Notes under the pieces: model-generated | Told to the model about the DNA's origin: nothing | Seen by the model: only the letters and a program-made list of their open reading frames with translations | Database searches by the model: none | Assembly: GCA_029717555.1 (NCBI GenBank) | Contig: JAMDHS010000031.1 | Location: 62,001 to 126,000 of the forward strand | Direction of reading: 5' to 3' | Length of the DNA stretch: 64,000 nt | From: Peribolospora baueri | Lineage: Eukaryota | Program-made: the position numbers and the translations under genes | In this document: one piece after another, positions 35,835 through 49,700 of the stretch | Position numbering within the stretch: the first letter of the stretch is position 1 | How the letters are laid out: each line of letters starts with the position of its first letter

Positions 35835-37878
35835 ATGAAGGTACTTTTGCTGCTGCTCCTTGGCGCCGCCGCTCTCTCCCAAGTGTCGGCCAATGGTCAG
35901 TCTCGCGATTGGAACCGCATGGAGCAGGAGGGATGGATGGCCGCCCGCTAACCGCTCACTGACTTGCCTCCTCGCCACCTTGTCTCATGTGAAGCCGCGA
36001 CCGATGCCCTGTACGAGCAGTGGAACGAGAGCCAGCTTCAGCGATGGCTCAAGGATCACAACGTCCCCGTCTCGTACGATGAGTCACCTAGCCGCGAGAA
36101 GCTGCTCCGTGAGTGGCCGTGAAGGCAGATATACAATTGGGATGCTATGCCGTCGCTCTGACGCCACTCTCTACGCCCTCAATCCGCCACTCTCTCCGAA
36201 CCGACGCTTCATCTTCTTTGCTCCCTTCTCCCTCTCAAGGCGCCGTGCGGGAAAATTATGACAGCGCTTACAACTCCCTGAAAGACACCGAACTAAAGGC
36301 GTGGCTCCAGCAGCGCGGCGTTATTCCCGCTCCCAAATCCACGCGCGAAGAGCTGATCGAGCAAGCGCGCGAGTACGCCAATTCGGCTGTGGAGCGCACG
36401 CAGAAGGTATTTAACGGCGTCACCCAAGACGCCTTGGACTCGTGGGACGAGAGCGCGCTGCGCAACTGGCTGCTTCAGCATAATGTCGTTGCGCCTTCTT
36501 CCAAGCGAGAGCAGCTCCTCGTGATGGCCAAGCAGAAGAAGAATGACCTGCAAAAGAGTGCCAGCAGCCTCTCTAGCACAGCTAGCTCTGCCGCCAGCTC
36601 TGCTTACCAAAAGGCCGGTGAGGCCACTGCCGCCGGCATTTCAAGGCTTGAGGACAATATGGACGACGCAGTGGACTATGTCTACTCGACTTGGGACGAC
36701 AACCGCTTGCGCGACTGGCTCGTCGAGCACGGTGTGATCAAACCCAAGACGCAGGCGAAGCGCGACGCCCTCTTGGCTTGGATGAAGGATGCTTATGCAC
36801 GTAGCGTTTCGGACATTTGGGAGGCCTGGAGTGATAGCTTCATTGTGAGCCTCCGTGGCCCGGGCGTCAGGTTTTAACTGAGCGACTGCCTCTTTTATGC
36901 TCACCATCCGTCCGCACCTCACCCCACAGCGTAAGTGGCTCATTCAGCATGGCATCATCAAGCCGAAGGCACAGGCGACTCGGGACCAGCTGCTGGAAAT
37001 CATGAAAGACAACTATTATACCGCCAACGACAAGGTGAGCACGCTCTATTGGTTGCACGCCGAGCACTCCAGTCGCCCACACCTTGCATCTGGATGAGGA
37101 CAGATATGGGACAATTGGTCCGAGTCGGAGCTTCGGGATGTGAGTCGGTCCTTTCGTACGTCTTATATTTACGAGCCTCCATTTAGCTGATCATCGGCCC
37201 CTCCGTTACCATCCGCAGTGGCTCATCGGCCAAAACCTGATCAAGCCGGACCGCAAGTACCGCCGTCACCAGTTGGAACGTCTGGTGTCGAACAACTACC
37301 AGCAGGTCCCTGACGTTGTCTTCTCCAGCTGGAAGGACTCGGACATGCGTCAGTGGCTCATCGACAACGGCTACCTCAAGTCGGACGAACGCTCCCGACG
37401 CGATGATCTCGTCAAGCTGATGAAGATTCACTACGAGCACATCCAAGGAACCGCGCAGCCATACCTGTCGTGGAGTGATGCGCGCCTCAAGGGTTGGTTG
37501 CGCGAGCATGACATTGAGCCTCCTTCAAAGAGGGACCAGTTGTTGCAAGCTGTCAGAGATGTGAGCGCTTCGATCGGTCCCTCGATCTGTCGTTTGTTAG
37601 TGGATTCAGCGACACTGACGATCGCCTTTGTCTCTTGGTTGATTTGTTAGAACTACGTCGCTACCACTTCGGCGGTGCAGTCAGGCTTGTCCTCCATCTA
37701 CTCGGCTCTCAAGGACACCATCGCCGGCGGCGTCGAGATCGCTGAGGACAAGGTGTACCGCATCCTAAATATCCTCCATTCGGGCGCGACCGATGCGGAG
37801 GTCGAGGCAGAGAAGAAGGTCGAAAAGGCCAAGGAGGATGCGAAGAAGACGAAGGAGAAGGTCAAGGAAGAGCTCTAA
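35835..37878 (+). CDS. ISH1: Ish1/Msc1-family stress-responsive nuclear envelope/ER protein
   Basis: Signal peptide MKVLLLLLLGAAALSQVSA; repeated W(S/D)xxxL(R/K)xWLxx(H/R)G/N...RDxL units; ends KEEL*. Confidence 0.85.
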
Positions 37879-38992
37879 GCCAAACCGACACACCCGTCCG
37901 ATCGATCGGACGGCGTTCGTCCCTATCTCCTTTTCTCGCGCGCTTGCCGCGCTCGTTTAGCGGGCCGCGTACTGCTACGGAAGCCTGTCTTGTCCCTCCT
38001 CTCATCGCCCACAGTCAGTAGCCGTGGGCGAAAACGTCTCCCAACCTCCCTTCCCTCTTCCTACTCCCTGGATTCCGATGTGCCGGTGCAGGACGGCTTG
38101 GTGACGCGCGGGCTACTGTCACCCTCCCCCGTCGTCCCCGTCTTGTCGCCTGTGCGTCTAAGCTCTCTGTACGCCCGTCTCTCCATCCTTCCGTCTGTCG
38201 ACGTGTCCGTCCATGTAACGTACGAATCTTTCCGCTCGCAACCAGATTGAACAGATTTCCTTTTGTGTAATGTCTCTTTCCGTTCCTCGATCGGGTGCTC
38301 CTGTCACGGGGTAGGACCTCCTTGATCGCGACCCGTGCCTGGGCTTTCTCCCCGGAAAGCTTCAAGGTCGGCCCATGTCAGGGGGAGGTCGCTCATTGTC
38401 AAGGTATATATCCAGTCGGTCGCAAAGTGACGTAACTGTTTGTGTTCGTTTTGGTAGATAGACGATTCGTCCCTGGATGCTGCGCTCTATCTAGCGGACG
38501 GCCGCAGCTCGTACAAACTAAATCGAAATGATCGGGGACGGTGATATTTTCACGCCCATCTCCGGTGACATCCTTCTTTGTATCCCTTCCTTTTCCCTTT
38601 CCTTGGCGCCCCGCTGCCTCGGCTGCGCTCTCTCCAGGTCCGGCTCTTCTGGTTCCCTCGCGGCTACTTGGCGCCGATATCTCCCGCTCGGCTCGACGGA
38701 CGGAGGAAGGACGGGAGCACCTATACCCTCGGTCTACTTGACACATCGTAGGACCGACCTTCATGGGTTCGCCATCTCGGCATTCCCAAACTACCTGCCA
38801 CCTCGTCTCGCATCAACAGCCTCGTTCACCCGCCTGCCTCTCCCTGCGCCGCATCGAGCCGGATATCACACTCGGGACGACGAGGACCTTGACCCTGACC
38901 AACCCGAGAGAAAGAAAAGGAACGGAAAAAGGGCGAGGAATCGCTTGGATGGGATGCTCTTCTACGAGCATGCTGGACTGGCTACAAGGACG

Positions 38993-41900
38993 ATGCCGCT
39001 TTCTACCTTGAGCGCCGCCGTGCACTTGACACCCAGTGAGTCTAGGATCCGCTTGCTCGTCTTGTCTCCTCTGGCGTTGTGTGGAACGATTCAACGGCCC
39101 TTACTTATGCCTTCCGCTTGTCGGCAGCCGTCATCTCTACTTTCGTCCGCCACTACGTGACGAAGGTTCGCAAGCAGCGCCGTTTCCGCAACATCGAGGC
39201 GACGGACGAGATTTTGTTCGACGAGGCCTTCCATATCGTCCGCTCTTTCATCGACCTCGGGACCCACAACACCGTCGAGTCGCTCCAGTCCTTCACGAAC
39301 ACACATGTCCCCTCCCCGCCTTGGACCGTTGTCGTCCCCGTTCTTGTCCCCCTCTCCTCGTGCGATGACGCCGCCAGATATCTCATCCAGGCCTTTGGGC
39401 CGGCCGAGATCATTAAAGTGGTTGGTGGCGAGAGGTGGTGGCAGGTCCGCGGCTTGGACGGCGTGAGGGCCGAGTGGATTGCCATGAGGGCTGACTGGAA
39501 GAAGGTGCGCAAGGCTGAGAAGGAGAGCGCAGGCAAGTCCGGTACCGCGCCGCCGCCCACAGTCGAGGGCGGCGGCGAAGAGCGCCACGCCGGAGATCAG
39601 GAGAGCTGGCAGGACGACGACGACGACGCCGGGGAAATCAATGAGCCCGCCATGCGCAGATCATCTCACTGTCGCAGGCCCAGCTCCCAGCATCGTCGTC
39701 GCGCAGCGCACGGCCGCAGTGCCGGCAACTCCGGCGGAGACGAGAGTCCCGCGACGGATGAGTACAGTCCCGAGATGGACGATCTGAAGCGAGTAATGGT
39801 CAGTGGATCACCTATGTCATTTCGTGCCGGCGAACAGGAGCCACTGACCTTTACATTCGTTCTGTCCACCTCTCCATTGACCGACAGCTCTACATTCACG
39901 GAGGAGCCTACTATTGGGGGTCGATAAATACCCATAGATATCAAATGATCCGATATGCTCGCAAGATGGCGGGAAGGGTCTTTGCCGTCAACTATCGAAA
40001 GGCGCCTCAGTACCCTTTCCCCTGCGCCCTTCAGGACTGTCTCGCTGCTTGTGAGTGTGCCCACACTTACGAAGCGAGGCATGTCTCAGCATTTAGAGGT
40101 TTATTGAGATCAACCTCTTTTACTGTTGTCACACAGACCTTTACCTAATCCGCCCCCCACCCGAAGTGGCACATGCCCCTGTCTCTCCGGATCATCTGGT
40201 CATCGCGGGCGACTCGGCAGGTGGAGGACTCGCCATCAGCCTCCTCACTATCCTCCGCGACGTCGGCTTGCCCCTACCCGCCGGATCCGTGTTGATCAGC
40301 CCCTGGGTAGACTTGACTCATAGCTTTCCTAGCGTTATGAAGAACACCGCCACGGTAAGCATGTGGGCACGGGGCGTATCGCCGAAGACGCTCGGTCGGA
40401 GGATTCGTTGTGATGACACCGGACTTGGGCCGTCACCCCTCTTTCTTCTTGCCCCTTCCAGGATATTATTCCCCCCTACGGATTGTGCGTCTCCGGCCTC
40501 CAAAACCCCATTCTCCCCACCGTCTACACCCCCTGAATTTGGTCTTCGCATTGACATTCCTCCATCCTTCCCGCACGCCTTCCCTGCAGCATCCACAAGC
40601 CCAGCTGTATCTGGCCCCATCCCGCGCGCGGCGACCGCATCTGGCCTCGCGAGGCACTGGGTGTGCCGACGGATCAAAAGGCGGCCAAGGCTCATCGGAT
40701 GGAGGTGGATGAAAGGAAGGAAGCCAAGGGTATGAAGAAGGCGAACGGGGACGGCTACGGCGGGACGAAGCAGGTGCCGGATGGTGTTCCGCCTGAGAGA
40801 GATGTGGGCAGTGAAGCGAACGCTCCCGGTGCGCCCGAGGCTGGTGAGGCAACCCACGATCCGACGACACAGATGCCCGATGGAGCACCCACCGCTCGAG
40901 CGCCAGCCGCTCGAAAGGACGTACAAGACGTTGTAGGACCGGACGGACGTGGACGAGAAAAGCAAGTCGCGGAAGAAGGAGTGGCCACACAACCCCCCGA
41001 CGCTCGTCGCTGTCTTCTCGGCCCGATCCCTTCGACCGCCACCACCGTTCCCGCCGGGCAGACGGACTCGACCAACCACTCTGCAGCCGACTACGCTTCC
41101 TCCACCCCGGACCCTGCGACGAACCGCTCCTCCCCGCACTTCATTAAAGTACCTCTGACCTCTACCTCCGACGCCAAGCCCGTCGAACTCCGCGCGCAGA
41201 TTCAGCTCTATGCCAAGAACGAGCAGCTCACCCATCCTTACGTCAGCCCTTTGCTTCAGGGCAGCTTGGGCGGCTTGCCGCCGATGTACATCCTGGCGGG
41301 CGATGCCGAGGTGTTGAGAGATGAAGGTAGGCGGCGGTCGCTTAATTTCCATCTTTCAATATAGAGCGAACAGCGAGCGAAAGTGTCAGCTGGCTGAGAC
41401 GAGCTTTCACATGTTTGCCTTGTACGCAATCCGACCATGATAGTCATATACCTGGCCCACAAGGTCTGTGCCTCGTCATCCCGCCGGCGACAGTCTGGAC
41501 CTTCGACTCGTCTCCTTCGACCGCAGCGCTGACCCCAACCGTCCTGTCTTCTCGGTCTCTGCCTTCTCCCCAGGCAGCCCACCCGGACCGGTTCCCTCTC
41601 AGAGACGACCTCCTACAAATGAGCGAGAGACAGCGGGAGAACGTGGAGAAGTATAACAGGTACCCTACCAAGGTGGGTCAAATCTACCAGAGGTTTGCAG
41701 AGCCTCTGCCGCGCCCGCGCTCACATTTTTCTCACTGCTTCCTCACTTCTTCTTTGCCTCGTCCTCGGCGTCTCCCTACCTCAGGTCCATCTGCAGGTGT
41801 TCGACGACATGTGTCACGTGTTGACTGTGTTTTCTTGGACTACGCCTGCTAAGTATGCCTTTCGCGCAATCGCCTCCTTCTGTCGACATGTCACCGGGGC

Positions 41901-43437
41901 GCCTTCCCATGAGCTCGCCAACCCATTCCCTGACACCGTGCTGAAGGGCGCCGATGGTGCCATTCTCCGTCGAACCGAGTCGCCGGCCGCCGCCGAGTAT
42001 CCTGACGCTGACCCCGCCAACTCCACCGGCAACAGCCTGCCACGCATCGTGACGGGAGACGTGACGCGCGGCATCACCCCTGGCAAGCAGGGTGTGAATT
42101 GGACCGAGGGCCCCGTCTCGAGGTCTTTCCTCGACCCTTCTGGCCCTCAGTCCCCATCCAGAGGTCCCGATGACGGCGGCGGCGGCGGTGGTGGAGCGGG
42201 AACGGCCTCCCCGACTATCGTCCAATCTCCCACTGACTTTGCGGACACGCCGACGAGCGCCACTTCAGCTTTCTCCGATAAAGACTGGTCCGGGGATGGT
42301 AAGGACGACAACGATCCCAAGAAGGCGGCCAGGAGGGAGAAGCTCCATCTGCGCGAGGAGAAGAGGAAGAAGACGCTACTGGGCCACCAGAATGAGTATT
42401 CGGGTGTTTTGCCTTTAAAGGTGAGCGGGTCTGTTCGGTACGGTAGGGGGGGGGGGAGGGGGGGGGGCTGGGAAGCCTTCGGGCGCCGAGAACAGGGGGG
42501 CTGATGGATCTTTGCCTTCTTTGTTCGTCTGCCGTCCCCTTTCCTACGATGCTATTTACCCACCCCCTGCGTCCAGCGCCCAAGCTTTCAGAACTATATG
42601 GTCCGCGAGAGGGTAGCTGTTAATGGAAACATTAGGCCTTTGGAACCGGAAACAGATATCCCAGCCCTACGCCTCCCGCCATCGGATATAGGAATCATCA
42701 AAGAAACGCCAATGCGGCGTTGGCTGACCGGACAGGAGCTGTGGGACAAAAAGTTTTCGCGCACGGCGCGGACGGCGGAGAGGGAGCGGGAGCGGTGGAA
42801 GGAGAAGGGGGACGCGCTCGTCAGGGATGCGAGGGAGAAGGGGATCATCAGCCAGAAGGAGAGGTTGGGCGAAGGAGAGGGACTGGTGAAGGAGGTGTGG
42901 AAAGAGGGAGGACAGGGGCATGGCCAAGGGACAGAAGAAGGTCGAAGCAGAGACGAAGGCGCTGCGAAGTTCGAACGGACCAAGTGGACCATATTCGATC
43001 TCGATGGCGAGACTCCACCACCATCCTCAATCACGGCTTCGCGGCACGATACGCCCGATTCATATGGGCTGCTCAAGCGAACCCTCATCGAGCTCCGAAG
43101 CCCGTCCGCCTCGGAAAGCAAGACGGGGAAGAAGAGGCGCGAGAAAGCCTCTGGTGGCTCGCCGGGGCTGTCGGCCGCCGAACAGGAGGTGTCACCGGTG
43201 CCTCAAATGGGGATTCCCCATGGCGTGCACATGTGGAACGGCTTCATGAGATATATGGAGAGGAAGGCGATGGACGGGAAGAGGAAGAAGAATGGACTGG
43301 GAAAGGAAAAGGGGATGGGAGACGCTGACGGAGAGAGAGGCGATAAGGCAGGAAGCAGGAGCAAGAGCAATGAGGGGGCCGCGGTGAACGTAGATGAGAC
43401 GAAGCAAGCCGCGGACGGACAGGAGAAGAAGAAATGA
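38993..43437 (+). CDS. Alpha/beta-hydrolase (HSL/Abhydrolase_3) lipase/esterase with low-complexity insertions
   Basis: LYIHGGAYYWGS, VNYRKAPQYPFPCALQD, AGDSAGGGL, ISPWVDLTHSFPS, GGLPPMYILAGDAEVLRDE, FDDMCHV. The start could lie at an upstream in-frame ATG. Confidence 0.88.
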
Positions 43438-44608
43438 AAGCCGGCCGACCAGCATGTAGAGGCGGCAGACAGGCTGGCTGCTGTCGGCACGGAGGTTACG
43501 TAATCGGACTCATTTCAACATTTCCATTGATCACCGTCGTTTTTCGCTACTCCTTCCTTCTTCTCTTTCCGTCTGCGAAGGACTCAAACGCTCCCTTGAT
43601 AGGACGTCCTACGACGGAGAGCTGAGGAGAGGACCAGCCGGAGTGCTTGTACGTTTTTCTGTTGGTGATATGTGCCACCGCCCTTTGGAAGACTCCCGAC
43701 TGCTGTCGTCGATGCGTCACTCACGCAGTGCAAAGGTCTTCAGGCTTCCCTGGCCGCCAGACGCTTTCCCCCCCTTTCTGCTCAACCCCGGCTACATCTC
43801 TTCCTTTCCGCCTGCACGAGCAAGCCCTCACGCACCCCTCATTAACCGGTGCCGGAGCAGGGGGGCAGGTTAGCCTGCCTCCACGCCTTCAAGCCTCCTC
43901 ATCTCATCTATGTCATCCAGCCTGACATCGATAGAAGGGGGCAATTCCGTCAGCACTAATGGCGCTGCCTTTGATCCACCGCTGCCACCTCCAACTTGCA
44001 AGTCAGCGCGCCGCAACCTGCCTGATCCGTGAACGCTTTCCTACAGACCAACTTTGACGCTCGCGCGTCCAAACACGAATCGTCGGGCTCCCATGTTGGC
44101 CGGCTCCGCCTTGCGTTCCGCAATCCGTATAGAGGTTCCGTAATCCTTGATCCTCGTCTACTATGGATGTAGACAGCGCGCTCACCGCTAGACGATACGC
44201 CGAAGCGCGAAGACCTTGGAACCGGCGTCGCCAACCTGGACCGGTTCCTCCAAGTGGTTTATGAGGACGGCGTCGGCAGAGGAGCCCCACACTTGTCGGT
44301 GTGGCTCGGTCCTCGGTCCGGAGATAAACTGGATCTCCGCATCCGGAAGACGGGTGAGTTGCCGCAGCCGCAACGCCAAGTCGGAGCGCAACTTATTAGT
44401 CTCGCAGTCGTGCCTTGTCTTCCTATTTCCTTCTGCCTTGCCGAGCAACGGCGGTGATCGTCAACGCACTACTCTAGCATGGCTAGCCGAGCGGAACGTA
44501 TTGTTGGCGAGACGGGGAGGCGGCCACAAGCATCGGCACCCTTCGGCTTTCTTCGTGCGGGCCTGTTTGCAGACGTCGATCTGGCCGCCGGCACAGAGCG
44601 ATCTGGCA

Positions 44609-44614
44609 TATAAA
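44609..44614 (+). promoter_or_regulatory. TATA box (TATAAA) of the GDSL gene
   Basis: About 100 nt upstream of the ATG at 44712, in a GC-rich background. Confidence 0.5.
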
Positions 44615-44711
44615 TGACACATCCATAAGGCCATCCCAGCCGCTCTTCGTCCTCGCATAGCATTCCCCCGTCTCTTGTTGGCAGATACCTTCCACTCGAC
44701 CGACCGTGAAG

Positions 44712-46319
44712 ATGTTCGTCTCTGCCCTGCTTGCAGCTTCTCTTCCCCTTCTTTCTTTTTCCTCCGTCTCCGCCCTTGTCGTCGACCCACGCTTCGATAC
44801 CGTCTCGAGCTGGGAGCGCTCGCAGCCGCCTGCCGGTGTGGACAAGGGCTCTGGGAGCAATGGGGCGGCGTCATTGCCGCAGAACATGGTCATCTTTGGC
44901 GATAGTGAGTAATATAGGAGCAAAGGGAGCGGAGAGGGAAGCAAGTCTTACCGTCCCTTTTAACGCCTCATCCGACCCCATTCTCATCCGTCTTCACAAG
45001 GCTACACCGACAATTGTAACTTTTGGCGAGAGTTTTCCGTCCCGCCTAACGTGTCAGATGCCTACCCTTTCCCTTCCTGTCCGCCCCCTCCCACTGGAAG
45101 GGCTGACAACGGCATGTCTTGGGCGGAGTACATCGCCAACACGACGCGCATGAACGTCTTTAATTTTGCCTACTCCGGGGCCACGTGCAACAACACTCTC
45201 TTCTCCCGGGCTTACAAGCAAGCTAATGGCACCACCGCTCCCGACCCGGTGAGCGCAATGGCCATTGGAAGCAAGGCGGTACGAAACTGCATGTCGCCTC
45301 CTCGCTCATCTCTTTTCCGACCGCTTTCCTCGCTCATCTCTACAGGACGTCACGATGCAAATCGATCGTCTCCAAGCCAACGAGTCGCTTGCTCACCTCT
45401 TCGACAGCCAAACTGTGGCAGCTATTTTCATCGGTACGAACGACCTCAATTTTTTCTTCTCCGAGTTCCTCAGTTCTCCCAATGCCACCAACGTGGATCG
45501 CCTACCCCCCGGCGCCACCATTCTCGACGAGGCAAGCTGTGTAGTGGCGCAGGTGAACAGGCTCCACGAATTGGGCATCCGAAAGTTTTTGGTGCTGCAA
45601 AACATCCCGCTACAGTTGACCAGCATGTACAGTGCCAACACGACGTCCGCTGGGGCCCCGCAGACGCAGAATGGTGAGCTTGTCCCCTCCTGCTGGCCTC
45701 TTGGGCTCGTCAAACTCAAGACACTTCTTCCTTCTATTTTGATCACCTCACCTTTCCAGGTCCCTTCATAGCGGAAACTATGGCCAACTACGTCAATACC
45801 AACAATAAGCTCCAGATGTTCCAGCTGGGCGCTCTTCAGCAGAGCCTCAAAGATGGCACCACCGTCGACATCTTCCCTACATATGATCTCTTGTAAGTCA
45901 ATCCCTATCCGTTCGGCCCTCTTTCTTTCAAACACGTTTTCATCCCACCCTGTTCTCCATCGATCCGCCCTGACACCTTTTCTTTCTTCCAGCTGGGACT
46001 TCTATCACAACCCGTCCAAATACGACTTCAAGAACGTCACTTCCTACTGCGACCAACCCTCTGGCCCTTGCTCCAACCCAGAAGACTACCTCTTCTGGAA
46101 CAACCTACAGTGAGAATGACGGTGAACGAGGAGATAAACGAACCGACTGCGTTATGTTCTTGTTCGACCCAGACGGACGAAGCGGCTCACCTAGACTACT
46201 TGTTTCTTGCGCTTCTTCTTCTCGCCAGCCCTGGAGAGCATGCGGACCGCATCCTCGCCTCCAAGGTCGTTTCCTTCCTCCAAGGCCAGACCGACGTCAC
46301 GAGCGGCGGATCGATGTGA
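44712..46319 (+). CDS. Secreted GDSL/SGNH esterase (CE16-like)
   Basis: Signal peptide; IFGDS|YTDN, GRADNGMSWAEY, NFAYSGAT, IFIGTND, YLFWNNL|HP. Confidence 0.85.
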
Positions 46320-46740
46320 CCGGCCCCGTGCAAACGTGCTGCATCACCGACCGACCAGACCCTCTGCCACTTGGGCAACCCTCCGCTCCTTTACGCGAGA
46401 AGCGCATTCACAATGTCACGGAATGGATGATCGGCCCGCCCGCTGTAGAATTTCCCAGGTCCGTCGAGATAGGAAAGTCTTTCATGCCGGGCCAGACGAG
46501 CTCCGTACGAGTGAAATGGATGAGCCCAGTGTGATTCGCAGACGAGCTGTAAAAGATGACCGAGCATCCGTATGGAAAAAAGAAAACCGGTACAAGGAGT
46601 GGCGAGATGATCGAACACACTCGGAAAGGACAGTGATATTGTCGCTCGACTCGGCAAAATGCGCCACCGCACCACATACGCCGTTCTACCCAGCCAATTC
46701 ACATCCAACCCCAATCCAAATCCCACCCCTCTAAATCTCA

Positions 46741-49700
46741 TCACCGAGCCATCATCTCCACCTCTTCCTGCCTGTCTCTCTCGCTGGCGCTCGCCCGCCC
46801 CGCTGCGGCTAGCGACGCGTTCTCAAGCTCTCGGAGGATGCGCACGCACTCGTCGCACCTTTCTCTCGTCGAGCGCATGTACATCAGCAAGCTCGGGATC
46901 GCCTCTGGTGAAAGCGCCAATCGGCGTGTCAAGCTGGCCGATGCGGCCGCGGCTGCAGACTCTTTCGCTGAAGGAGTCGGGGAAAGGCCAGCACTTCCGG
47001 TCGCAGACACCGAACGGCGCATGCCCTCAGGGGTGCGATTGCCGGCGGGGCCGTTCACCGGCGGCCGCCCGTCGATCCCTACGCGACGCAACATAGCTGG
47101 GTTGACCTCGGACGATGAGCGAAGGAGGGCGAGGGAGGGTCGTGCGCTGTCGATCGAAACACCTCTGTTCGCTTCTACCGCCAGCGTTTCCTGCGCTCGT
47201 TGATCTCTTCTGGGCGTGATCGTCAGAGTGGGGCTCGCCACTCGTTCCGCGTCGGCCGGCGTGCTACTACGTCCTCCGCCACCACCACCGCCACTGCTCG
47301 AGCCGAAAGAGAACAGCCGTCGTCTCGGTCCATCTGCGCTGACGGCCGCAGCGATCCAGCTTGTTCGTCGGCGGCGGCAAGGAGATGGATTGGCCGGACT
47401 GTCCCATTCCGACCGGCTCCCGTCCAAGTTCTCCTCGGCAGGCAAGATAACGTCTTCCGGCTCGCTAGCAGCTGCGCCAACAATGCTATTATGACGCGAG
47501 CCACCTTTCCGGGATCGTGAACGAGTTGGAGGCATGGCCGCGTTCATCTTGCTCTTGGACGATTTTCTCAAGATTGACGACGAGGAGAACGGCGCGCCAA
47601 GGCTGCCCAAAATGCCCGATCCTGACGTGGAGCTCGTGCGCTGAAGAGTTCGGGTAGACGGGGAATCTAGGGCCGCGGATGAGGTGAGCGTGGCGGTCGT
47701 GGAGCCAACGCCGACACGCTGGGATGTCCTCGGCGTGAGGGTACGTTGAGCGTCGTCCATAGACGAACGAGGCGGCACAAAGTCATCGCCAACACCTCCT
47801 TCGAAAGCCAACTTGGTTGGGCTCTTGACGCTGTCAGCGTCCGATAGCGCAGAGCCCGGCTGAGCGTTTGCGTCGACTGTCCCCAGCTTCAGCGACTTCA
47901 GCAGGTCTTTGAGACCGGCCAAACCGGCTCTACTCGCGCGTCGCAGCTTGCCCTTGGGCGAGCCCGCCATAGAACTTGCGGTCAGAGCTATCGAGTCAAC
48001 CGACATCGTGACGGGAAGAGCGGCAGAATTGACATCGCCGCCGTTGCTTGGGGGTGAAGAGTAAGGAGAGGCGCGTGTCTGGGGGGTCTTTCGTCCGACA
48101 GCCGGCGGTGGAGTAGTTTGAGAGGAAAGCTGTAACGCAGAGGTCGAAGCGGCGGGCGTACTGATCCGGTGGTAAGATAGACTTACAGCCTGGTTGTCAA
48201 AGGTGACGTTGGATCCGTAATGAGGGGGTGTCGTCGTTGTTCCCTGGCTCATCGAAAGAGCCGGAGATGCCTTGCCATCAGCTGGGAGAGGTCCAGAAAT
48301 AATGCCTCGTAGCATCTCAAGCTGCCGATCAGAAAGACTTTTGCGGCCCGTGCTCGCTCGCCAAGCCGGCACGGCCTTCTCGACAGGCATGCCCTGGCTA
48401 TCGATCGAGAGTCTGCCGGCCGCGATGGACGAGTTGGACGGACTAACGTTATGACCCTTGGCGTCTGGGCTCGGCGCCGCGCTCGCAGTGGGAGTGACCA
48501 TGCTGACTGAGCGCTCTCGTTCCCTCGTCGACTCAGGCGAACCTAGAGCACCACCAGAGTCGTTACCTCCTTGATGTTGTCCTGCGCCGAGGTCGACCAG
48601 TAGGTCCGCCATCTCCCACCACGGCCCATACTCCACATCGAGGCGGTCAAGGAGATGAGCACGATGCGAAGAAAGCGCGAAACCGTTGGCGAGGGAGAAG
48701 GTTGACTCGGTGCGAAGGGCGACCGACAGGGTGCTGTATGTGCGTAGCAGCGCTTTGAGATCTGTCCAGAAGGGTAGCAAAATTTTAAAACCTTTTAGTA
48801 CACAATTTCTCGGGGTCACCCAAGCGCCGCAGGGCCGCGGTTGAACTTACCTTCGATGCCCCTAGCAAACTCCCTGACGTACATGACGTCCTGCCGAATC
48901 CCGCTTTGCGCCTGACTGATCCTCGCCGGGATCTTCAAATCGCTCAAGCTGTTCCTCCTCCCGAGCCCAAGCCCGGAGCCGCTGCCGTTGCTGCCCGTTG
49001 AAGATTTTCCGCCGGCAGACACCCTAGAAGCGGCCTGGGAGTGTGAGTACGAAGGCTCGACAGATATGCTTTGGGAAGCCTGCCGGCGACCCCTTGCCCG
49101 CCCTTCTGAGTTCAAGTCCGAGCTCCGTTGGCTTCCGTGTCCTAGGCCACGCTCAGATTGCTCGGCTTCTCCCTCTTCCACCATGCTGGTCTTCCATGGT
49201 GGAGCGCTGAGCGGCGGCAAGGGCAAATCGGACTCAGTCGGCGGACTCGGATTGGGACTAGAGCGTGGCCGAAGGTGAGGCCGGGCTTTCGGCGTCGCGC
49301 CGATGACTGAGCTCGAGCCCACGGAGCTGGCGGCGCTGGTGTCGACGAAGACGAGCTGGGATGACCGCTTAGCTCTTCGTTTGGAAGCGTGAGCCGTCGC
49401 CGCGTCTTCGCGGAGCCCGGAAGGTCGGGCAAGCTCGAGAGGAGGTTCGAGCCCAGCGACCGCAGGGAAAGCCCGAACTGTCGCATCGTGCTCTAGCGGT
49501 TCGTCTAACTCCGTGTCCGCCCCGGTGGCGGCATTAGAATACCCGATTTCCGAACCGGTCCTCTTTGCACCCAGGACAGGCGTTTTCTTCCGGCGTCTCT
49601 CCTCTCCTCGCAATGAGATTCGCGGAGGTGTGGTTGGCAAGGGCGAGGACGTGGACGGAGTCGGGGTAACAGAGCGGCATTGCTCCGCTCCGGAGGAAGC

